Both the position numbers and the translations under genes were made by a program. Under the pieces are notes generated by a model. That model did no database searches and was not told where the DNA came from. It was given only the letters and a program-made list of their open reading frames with translations. A stretch of 50,264 bases of DNA from Clostridiales bacterium (lineage in GTDB: Bacteria > Bacillota > Clostridia > HGM11327): NCBI GenBank assembly GCA_015056475.1, contig SVGF01000001.1:1-50264 (forward strand), in the 5' to 3' direction. Of this stretch, positions 17,962 through 25,239 are shown one piece after another (the stretch's first letter is position 1; each line of letters opens with the position of its first letter).

Positions 17962-18894
17962 TTATATATATTTAATTACTTTAATATCAGGTAACAGAGT
18001 TCTTACCTTCTTATAGTCAAAAGCCTCGTTCGGCTGCTTTGATATCATTACTCCCGATGCTGCAACGCCCATTTGCAATATGCTTTTTGCATCAAGTCCC
18101 CTTGTATAAGCAACCGCAAGCCCTGCAAGCATTGCATCTCCCGCGCCCGTGGTGTTGATCACCGAAACATCGGGAGCTTTTGCAATATAAACGTTTTTAT
18201 GATCTGCAATCAGCGAGCCCCTTGCCCCTAACGATACTATAGTGTATTTTATGCCGTAGTTTTGGCAGATCAAGAGTGCTTCATTACTTACTGCATCAAT
18301 ATCGTCAAGCTTTTTGCCACAAAAGTGGCGCAATTCGTCAATATTAGGCTTGATCATCACAGGAGAAGCCTTTATAGCATTACTCAATGCAGTTGAGCTT
18401 GTATCTATCGCACACTCAATACCCTTATCCCTCAATTTTTTGATGATATTGGCATAAAAGTCAGCAGGCGCACCCACAGGCAAGCTTCCGCAAAGAAGCA
18501 CAAGCTCACTTTGATCAGCAACACACAATATTTTTTCAGCAACAGACTCAATCATTTGGGGTGAAACACTGCTGCCTTTATTATTTATTTCGGTAGTGAC
18601 CCCGTTTGGAGTGTGGATCTTTAAGTTTACTCTTAAACTACCCTTTTCAAACACAAAATCCTCTGCGATCATAGCCTCGCTAAGATCTTTTGCCAAAAAT
18701 TCTCTGTCATTTTCGCGAGCCAAACCCAAGCAAAGGACTTGTCTTCCCATTGCTTTTAACGTTCTGGCAACGTTTACACCCTTACCCGCAATTATTGCCT
18801 GCTCATCTAAGGCTTTACAGGTTTGTCCCAATTCAAGTCGGTCAACGTTTACGTGCTTATCTATGCAGGGATTCATGGTAACTGTTATTATCAT
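17962..18894 (-). CDS. PfkB-family hexose-phosphate kinase (1-phosphofructokinase/tagatose-6-phosphate kinase type)
   Basis: TMNPCIDK...GKGVNVA at the N-terminus and the anion-hole motif TTGAGDAMLAG at the C-terminus. Confidence 0.8.
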   Translation of the reverse strand: MIITVTMNPCIDKHVNVDRLELGQTCKALDEQAIIAGKGVNVARTLKAMGRQVLCLGLARENDREFLAKDLSEAMIAEDFVFEKGSLRVNLKIHTPNGVTTEINNKGSSVSPQMIESVAEKILCVADQSELVLLCGSLPVGAPADFYANIIKKLRDKGIECAIDTSSTALSNAIKASPVMIKPNIDELRHFCGKKLDDIDAVSNEALLICQNYGIKYTIVSLGARGSLIADHKNVYIAKAPDVSVINTTGAGDAMLAGLAVAYTRGLDAKSILQMGVAASGVMISKQPNEAFDYKKVRTLLPDIKVIKYI

Positions 18895-18907
18895 ATTACG
18901 TCCTCCG

Positions 18908-19336
18908 CTATCTTCGTCTTGGCTTCAAAAGCACGTTATCGTAGTAGCCGTAGTCGCGCAATCTTATTGAGTGCAAAAACGCCGCGTCTACCTTTACCGT
19001 TCTTACCGTGGTTTTTATAAGATCCTCAACCACTTTTTTGCGGATCTCATCAACAGCGCCAAATACTATACTGCATCTGCCATGCTCAATGGGAGATAGC
19101 TTTTTTGCAAATGCCGCAAACACGTCCTTCTGATAAAACCGCATTATAATTTTATCCTTCTTGACTTTGAAATTGCATATTACAAGGCCGTCAACAGTAA
19201 ACCCCGGAAGTGTAAAGATTCGGGACACTACGCCACCGTCGATCAAGCTCCCAACGTACTCCATTGCATCCAGAACAAGCTGCTTTTGCTTTTGCGATAG
19301 ATTTGAAAGATAGTCGTTTATCAAAATTGTGTTCAT
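18908..19336 (-). CDS. Hypothetical protein, DUF1801 (YdhG)-like
   Basis: 142 aa and first gene of the long minus-strand operon. The family call rests only on overall pattern resemblance. Confidence 0.4.
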   Translation of the reverse strand: MNTILINDYLSNLSQKQKQLVLDAMEYVGSLIDGGVVSRIFTLPGFTVDGLVICNFKVKKDKIIMRFYQKDVFAAFAKKLSPIEHGRCSIVFGAVDEIRKKVVEDLIKTTVRTVKVDAAFLHSIRLRDYGYYDNVLLKPRRR

Positions 19337-19436
19337 AATTCACCCATTATATTGAATCTGATTATACATGTTAATTATATAATATTGTGCGCGAAAAGTA
19401 AAGTCTTTTTTTGATATTTTATTAATGAAAAAATGC

Positions 19437-19466
19437 TTGACTTAACGTGCGTGGTTATGGTATAAT
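19437..19466 (+). promoter_or_regulatory. Promoter of the corrinoid methyltransferase operon
   Basis: TTGACT (19437-19442), an 18-bp spacer, then TGgTATAAT with the -10 hexamer at 19461-19466. It is followed by tandem AATTACAA repeats. Confidence 0.6.
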
Positions 19467-19559
19467 AATTACAATAATTACAACAGGCAATGAAGACACC
19501 AGCATGCTCTATTTTAACGTAACAAACTACAGAAATATCATTAAAGGAAGATACGGATC

Positions 19560-20798
19560 ATGGAAACAGTTTCTATAAAAGACAGAGAAAGATTAAGATC
19601 TCTTGCGCAGCTTAAATTGAGCTTTGCACACAGCAAGAGGAACGAAGAAATATTAAAGCAATGGGAAGCGCTGGCAAACGGTGTTAAAGCTGAGCCTACG
19701 GTACGTTTGTTATTCTCAAACTTCCCGGATGAGGTCATAGAGCCAAGACTCGTTTGCGAGGGTAAGGATGCCAGAGAATTGGAATCTGAAATACTTTGGA
19801 GTATGGTCGGCAGAGAATTGTTCAACGACGATACTCCCATATCACCAAATTACGAGATAAATCTTGATGCCGAAGCAGTTCCATTTGGCGCAACAAGCAA
19901 TGTGGTTTATGCCAAGACCGCAAAGGGCTTCCACATTGAGCCCATAACGGACGATATCGAAGCGGATATTGATATGTTCCGCGGCGGAAGCTTCAGAGCA
20001 TCAATGGAAAACACGGTTAAATACCGCGACTGGGTAAATGATATTTTTGGTGATATTTTGCCGGCAAAGATCACTGGCAGGTGTCTTTTGGGCCCGATAA
20101 CAAATCCGTTGGTATTTTTGATCGGTATGGAAAATTACTATTTGTCCATGTACGATGCACCGGATTCTTTGCACGAGATAATGGAGATGGCAACACAGCT
20201 CTATCTTGATTATTACGATTATCTTGAGAAAGAAAATCTCCTCCTCCCGACGAATGATTACAGCTTTTTGGCGCAGGAGTCATTCTGCTTTACAAACGAG
20301 CTACCGAAGGACGGCCCCATAACGTCAACAAAGCAGGTTTGGGGGTTCCTTGAATCACAGGAAACAACTGCCTGCTCGCCCGAGGCTTACGGTGAATTTG
20401 TATATCCCTACCTTGACAGATTGGTTAAACGCTTTGGTTTACTTTCTTACGGTTGCTGTGAAAGGGTTGACGTTTTGTGGGAGGATTATCTCTCAAAGTG
20501 GACAAATTTGAGAAAGCTTTCTGTTTCACCCTTTAACGACGGATACAAAGTTGGTGAATATTTAAGGGGTACAAACGTTGTTTATTACAGCAAGCCCCGT
20601 GCGGAATACGTTACTAACAGAGCAGGTCTTGAGGAGGACGTTATCCGCAACTACTTTAAGGAAGTTGCAGAATGCGCAAGCGGATGCCTTTTTGAGGTTG
20701 CACAGAGAGAGGTAGGTACTATCTACGGCGATATTGAGCGCGGAAGACGCTACGTTGAGCTTGCAAAGCAGACTATAAACACGCATTGGAAGCCTTAA
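19560..20798 (+). CDS. Candidate substrate:corrinoid methyltransferase (MT1), distant UroD/MtaA-like protein
   Basis: 412 aa with AAAGGAAG 9 nt upstream. It sits immediately upstream of the corrinoid protein gene. Cys-rich motifs YGCCERVD and ECASGC are present. The family assignment is tentative. Confidence 0.4.
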   Translation: METVSIKDRERLRSLAQLKLSFAHSKRNEEILKQWEALANGVKAEPTVRLLFSNFPDEVIEPRLVCEGKDARELESEILWSMVGRELFNDDTPISPNYEINLDAEAVPFGATSNVVYAKTAKGFHIEPITDDIEADIDMFRGGSFRASMENTVKYRDWVNDIFGDILPAKITGRCLLGPITNPLVFLIGMENYYLSMYDAPDSLHEIMEMATQLYLDYYDYLEKENLLLPTNDYSFLAQESFCFTNELPKDGPITSTKQVWGFLESQETTACSPEAYGEFVYPYLDRLVKRFGLLSYGCCERVDVLWEDYLSKWTNLRKLSVSPFNDGYKVGEYLRGTNVVYYSKPRAEYVTNRAGLEEDVIRNYFKEVAECASGCLFEVAQREVGTIYGDIERGRRYVELAKQTINTHWKP

Positions 20799-20831
20799 TT
20801 ATACTAATAATAATTTATAAAGGAGAAATAT

Positions 20832-21464
20832 ATGAGCATATTGAATGAGATTTCACTCGCATTGCAAAAGGGAAACAGAAAGTCAGTAACAGAATTGGTT
20901 AATAAAGCTTTGGCAGAAGGCATTTTGGCAGCTGACATTCTTGATAACGGACTTTTGGCAGGCATGAATGAAATAGGTGAAAAATTCAAAAATAACGAAG
21001 TCTACGTTCCCGAAGTGCTGATTTCTGCACGTGCCATGAAGGCAGGTGTTGAGATTATCAAGCCCCTTTTGATAGAGGGTGGCGTTCAGGCAAAGGGTAA
21101 GGTCTGCATCGGTACTGTGCAGGGCGACCTTCACGATATAGGCAAAAACCTCGTTAAGATGATGCTTGAGGGCAAGGGACTTGAGGTTATCGACCTCGGC
21201 ACGGACGTTGCTCCCGAAAAATTCGTTCAGACTGCAATAGATGAGAATTGTCAGGTTATCTGTTGCTCTGCATTGCTTACAACCACCATGGAGGTCATGG
21301 CAGAAGTAGTTAAATGTGCAGAGGAGAGGGGCATTCGCGATAAGGTCAAGATTATGATTGGCGGCGCGCCAATAACAGAGGAGTTCCGCGAAAAGATCGG
21401 TGCAGATTGCTACACCAAGGATGCGGCAAGCGCTGCAAACGCGGCTGTTGAGCTTTGTAAATAA
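20832..21464 (+). CDS. Cobalamin-binding corrinoid protein (MtaC/MtbC-like)
   Basis: B12-binding motif GDLHDIGKN (DxHxxG), followed by SALLTTTM and MIGGAPIT. 210 aa, with an N-terminal helical cap domain. Confidence 0.85.
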   Translation: MSILNEISLALQKGNRKSVTELVNKALAEGILAADILDNGLLAGMNEIGEKFKNNEVYVPEVLISARAMKAGVEIIKPLLIEGGVQAKGKVCIGTVQGDLHDIGKNLVKMMLEGKGLEVIDLGTDVAPEKFVQTAIDENCQVICCSALLTTTMEVMAEVVKCAEERGIRDKVKIMIGGAPITEEFREKIGADCYTKDAASAANAAVELCK

Positions 21465-21470
21465 ACATTC

Positions 21471-21496
21471 AAAAGGGGACTGTATCCCCTTTTTTA
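21471..21496 (+). terminator. Intra-operon hairpin+T-run (partial terminator/attenuator)
   Basis: AAAAGGGGA-CTGTA-TCCCCTTTT followed by further T residues. It lies between the corrinoid protein gene and the MT2 gene, and I see no promoter in the remaining 28 bp. Confidence 0.55.
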
Positions 21497-21523
21497 TTTA
21501 AGTGATGATTTAAGGGGTTAATT

Positions 21524-22513
21524 ATGAAAGAAATTACAAAAAAGATACTCGCAAATAAGGCAAAAACCGTTCCGATACTCTCATTCCCGTCCACACAGCT
21601 TTTGGGCATACCTGTAAGTAAGCTTATTTCGTCCTGCGAAATGCAGGTTGAGGGCATGAAGGCAATAGCCAACAGATGCAACGTTGGTGCATCGCTCAAT
21701 ATGATGGATCTTTCTGTTGAGGCGGAGTGCTTTGGCGCAAAGATAAGAGTTACCGAGAACGAAGTTCCTACGATAGAAAAGGGAATTATTGATTCGATCG
21801 ACCAAGTTAACGATATATGTGTTCCGTCGATCGAAGGTGCAAGATGTCCGCTATATATAAATGCGGTAAAGCAAGCAAAGAAAGAGATCAAAGACGTTCC
21901 CGTTTTCTGCGGTGTGATAGGTCCATATTCACTTGCGGGGCGACTTTTTGACATGACTGAGCTTATGATGGAGTGCTTTGACAGCCCCGATGAGGTCGAA
22001 TTGTTGCTTGAAAAGGTAACCGAATTCTTGATCAATTACGTAAAGGCGTTTAAGGATGCAGGTGCAGACGGCGTTATAATGGCTGAGCCCGCGGCAGGCC
22101 TTCTTTCTCCTGCTCTTGCCGAGGAATTTTCAATGCCCTACGTAAAAAAGATAATTGACGCTGTTAGCGACGAAGATTTTGTATTCTGCTATCACAATTG
22201 CGGAAATGCGGTGGTTAATATGGCTGACAGCATCAGCACGCTTGGCGCTGATATCTATCATTTCGGTAATGCAATATCATTAAAGGACATAATTGGACAA
22301 ATGCCTTCCGACAGCGTTGTGATGGGCAACGTTGATCCCATACTTTTTAAGAGCGACTCGGTTGATGACGTTAAGAATGCCGTCCAAAAGGTATTTGACG
22401 AGTGCAATGCATTCGATAATTTTATGATATCGTCGGGATGCGATATTCCCGCAGACGCAAAGTGGGAAAACCTTGACGCTTATTTTGAAAAGGTGAGCGA
22501 GCTTTATGCATAA
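21524..22513 (+). CDS. UroD-family methylcobamide methyltransferase (MtaA/MtbA-like, MT2)
   Basis: 329 aa. CYHNCGN (Zn-ligand HxC motif) with a later SSGCDIP. The overall organisation is UroD/MtaA-like. Confidence 0.75.
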   Translation: MKEITKKILANKAKTVPILSFPSTQLLGIPVSKLISSCEMQVEGMKAIANRCNVGASLNMMDLSVEAECFGAKIRVTENEVPTIEKGIIDSIDQVNDICVPSIEGARCPLYINAVKQAKKEIKDVPVFCGVIGPYSLAGRLFDMTELMMECFDSPDEVELLLEKVTEFLINYVKAFKDAGADGVIMAEPAAGLLSPALAEEFSMPYVKKIIDAVSDEDFVFCYHNCGNAVVNMADSISTLGADIYHFGNAISLKDIIGQMPSDSVVMGNVDPILFKSDSVDDVKNAVQKVFDECNAFDNFMISSGCDIPADAKWENLDAYFEKVSELYA

Positions 22514-23915
22514 AGTAAGGCTTGGCGAAAAAATATTTGAGGCAAACGACGGCGAAAAGCTCTCTGAGTTGCTCATCAGAAATAAAATTGACGTTCAACA
22601 CCCCTGCGGTGGCAGAGGTACGTGCAAAAAGTGCAAGGTAAAGGTCAACGGACAAGACGAGCTTGCGTGCAGATACGAGATAAAGTGTGATATTGACGTG
22701 GAATTATACGATAATTCCGATATCGTATCTGAAAGCGGAGTTGAAATTAACGATACAGCCTCACAAAACGTTTGTCTTGCGCTTGATATAGGCACGACCA
22801 CGTTAGCGCTTTGTTTGGTTTCTCTTGACGAAAAAAAGGCAATAAAGGTAATTACCGCAACAAATCCGCAAGTAGCCTATGGAGCTGACGTTATCACAAG
22901 GATCGATTACTGCAGGAAAAATTCCGTTTTTGAGTTAAAAACCACTTTGATCGAGCAGATAAACAGCATGATTCGTGACATTGGATGCAATGAAGCTTTG
23001 ACGATGTACGTTTCCGGCAACACAACAATGCTTCATATTTTCTTTGGTGTGGACTGCTCGTCCATTGGCGTTGCGCCGTATGAGCCTGTTTTTATTGGCG
23101 AAAGGCATGAGGATGCCAAGGCTCTCGGTATTGTTGGCGTTGAAAGGGTGGTGTCCCTCCCGGGAGTTTCATCGTTTGTTGGAGCTGATATCGTTGCAGG
23201 GCTCAATTACATTGGTTTGCCCAAGGATGACAGCTACTATTTATTGATAGACCTCGGCACGAATGCAGAGATAGTGCTTTTTTCCGAAAACGGAGGAGTT
23301 GCAACTGCGGCTGCTGCAGGACCTTGCTTTGAGGGTGCAAACATAAGCTGTGGCATGAGTGCAACAAAGGGCGCGATATATTCGTTTGAGTTTATGGGTG
23401 ACGGATCGGCAAGATTCAATACCGTTATGGACCAAAAAGCCGTTGGTATTTGCGGCACGGGCTTGATAGATATAGTGAGCGAGCTTTTACGCCACGGCAT
23501 CATTGACGAAACGGGCTATATGGAGCAGGAGGAGTTTGTTCTTGACGATGGCGTTTGGCTTTCTGCCGCTGACGTAAGGCAGTATCAGCTTGCAAAGTCG
23601 GCGGTTTGCTCTGCTATTCTTGTTCTGATGTCCTCTTTGAATGTTGGGTTTGATAAAGTATCAAAACTATTCATTTCGGGCGGATTCTCAGCCAAGATCA
23701 ACGTTAAAAATGCAGTTGCAAGCGGACTTTTGCCAAAGGAATTGCAAGAAAAAACTGTTGCTCTCAACAACAGCAGCTTGCTCGGCACGGTAAAATTTGC
23801 ATGTAACGAGGGTAAGCTGACTGAGGACTTTTCAAGTATAAAATATATCGATCTTTCTTGTGATCCATTATTTTCAGATCTTTTTGTGGAGAATATGATG
23901 TTTGATATAACGTAA
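22506..23915 (+). CDS. Corrinoid reductive activase (RACE-type; 2Fe-2S ferredoxin domain + ASKHA ATPase)
   Basis: N-terminal CGGRGTCKKC...C plant-type 2Fe-2S motif. The ASKHA phosphate-1 motif is LALDIGTTTLAL. 469 aa. Confidence 0.75.
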   Translation: MHKVRLGEKIFEANDGEKLSELLIRNKIDVQHPCGGRGTCKKCKVKVNGQDELACRYEIKCDIDVELYDNSDIVSESGVEINDTASQNVCLALDIGTTTLALCLVSLDEKKAIKVITATNPQVAYGADVITRIDYCRKNSVFELKTTLIEQINSMIRDIGCNEALTMYVSGNTTMLHIFFGVDCSSIGVAPYEPVFIGERHEDAKALGIVGVERVVSLPGVSSFVGADIVAGLNYIGLPKDDSYYLLIDLGTNAEIVLFSENGGVATAAAAGPCFEGANISCGMSATKGAIYSFEFMGDGSARFNTVMDQKAVGICGTGLIDIVSELLRHGIIDETGYMEQEEFVLDDGVWLSAADVRQYQLAKSAVCSAILVLMSSLNVGFDKVSKLFISGGFSAKINVKNAVASGLLPKELQEKTVALNNSSLLGTVKFACNEGKLTEDFSSIKYIDLSCDPLFSDLFVENMMFDIT

Positions 23916-23927
23916 AAGGAGATTATT

Positions 23928-25166
23928 ATGGCAAACTACGTGCTTTACGGCGACGGTATTCATGATGATACTTCAGCCATTCAGGAAATGATAGATAGCG
24001 GAGTGTGCGAGGTGGATCTACCCGCGCCGAATGTGTGCTATCTTATTTCAAAACCACTTATTATTCCGTCAAATTTTAAGTTAAAGTTGCCTAGATTTGC
24101 AACTATAAAGCTTATGGACAGTGCAAACTGCTTTATGCTCATGAGTAAAACGGTAAATAAGCACGCGAAACGCTTGAACGAGGAATTCGGTGATTTTGAA
24201 AAGGCATTTTGGTGGTATTGCAATGAGTTTTCTACCGACAAAGAGGACGCCTGCCATGATTTTGAAATAGAGGGCGGAATTTGGGACTTTAATAATTTGA
24301 ACCAAGATCCAAATCCCATACAAACTCATAAGTTTGACGATAGACATTTTGTTGGAAATATTATGCTTTTCTACAACGTAAGGAATTTTAAGCTATCAAA
24401 TCTGACGTTAAAGGACCCCACGAATTTTGCGGTAACGCTTGATACTGCGTCATATTTTACGGTTGAAAACATTACGTTTGATTTTAATTTTGGTAATCCT
24501 TACGCGCTCAATATGGATGGTATTCACCTTAACGGAAACTGCCATTACGGTGTGATCAAAAACCTTAAAGGCGCATGCTACGATGATCTTATTGCACTTA
24601 ATGCGCACGAGGGAACTGGCGGTGATATCACAAATATTCTTGTTGACGGAATATTTGCCGAAAATTGCCACAGCGCAGTACGACTCTTAACTGTACGCGA
24701 TAAAGTGCAAAACATCAAAATATCCAACGTTTACGGAACGTTCTATCAGTACTGCGTTGGTTTTACAAAGGCTTATCCCGGCGATTTTACCGGCTCGTTC
24801 GACGCCATTATTTTAGAGAATTTCCACGTATCAAAATCAAAGAGATTGCCCATACAAGAAATGCACATGGGTGACAAGGATTTTCAATTTCCTTTGATTT
24901 GGCTTCCCGGTCCGCAAAGTGTAAAAGATCTTACTATAAACCATTTACACAGACGTGAAAAAGAAGTCGCTTGCGAAACAGTATGCATTTGGAGTGATTC
25001 AAGTGTTGAAAGACTTATTTTGAATGACGTTAGCGTTGAAAGCGAGATTGACGGCGATTGCCCGATACTGGTAAATGACGGAAGAATCAAGGTTTTTGTT
25101 TCGGACTGCATTAACAAAGAAGAAATACTTGGCAGCGGAAATATTGACAATTTACTTATAAACTAA
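23928..25166 (+). CDS. Right-handed beta-helix protein of the pectate-lyase superfamily (probable glycoside hydrolase)
   Basis: The N-terminal YGDGIHDDTSAIQEMIDSG matches the Pectate_lyase_3/GH28-related signature. AAAGGAG RBS. The gene starts 12 nt after the preceding gene. No signal peptide. Confidence 0.6.
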   Translation: MANYVLYGDGIHDDTSAIQEMIDSGVCEVDLPAPNVCYLISKPLIIPSNFKLKLPRFATIKLMDSANCFMLMSKTVNKHAKRLNEEFGDFEKAFWWYCNEFSTDKEDACHDFEIEGGIWDFNNLNQDPNPIQTHKFDDRHFVGNIMLFYNVRNFKLSNLTLKDPTNFAVTLDTASYFTVENITFDFNFGNPYALNMDGIHLNGNCHYGVIKNLKGACYDDLIALNAHEGTGGDITNILVDGIFAENCHSAVRLLTVRDKVQNIKISNVYGTFYQYCVGFTKAYPGDFTGSFDAIILENFHVSKSKRLPIQEMHMGDKDFQFPLIWLPGPQSVKDLTINHLHRREKEVACETVCIWSDSSVERLILNDVSVESEIDGDCPILVNDGRIKVFVSDCINKEEILGSGNIDNLLIN

Positions 25167-25186
25167 AGTTAAACTGAATAAAGCTT

Positions 25187-25224
25187 ATGGGCACGCTACG
25201 ATAGTATTTATCGCACGTGCCCAT
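25187..25224. terminator. Bidirectional terminator hairpin between convergent genes
   Basis: ATGGGCACG...CGTGCCCAT outer stem with an inner CGAT/ATCG stem, followed by CTTTATGTTTTG. Confidence 0.6.
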
Positions 25225-25239
25225 CTTTATGTTTTGTAA

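Noticed and set aside
16684-17994. 436-aa plus-strand ORF covering the nagA region
   Set aside because: It lies entirely antisense to a well-supported NagA gene. The translation is low-complexity and Cys/Arg-rich with no recognisable motifs and no RBS. It is a typical shadow ORF.
19467-19559. Cobalamin riboswitch upstream of the corrinoid operon
   Set aside because: The leader is only about 90 nt long and lacks a B12-box-like GCCACTG core. It is too short for a cobalamin aptamer.
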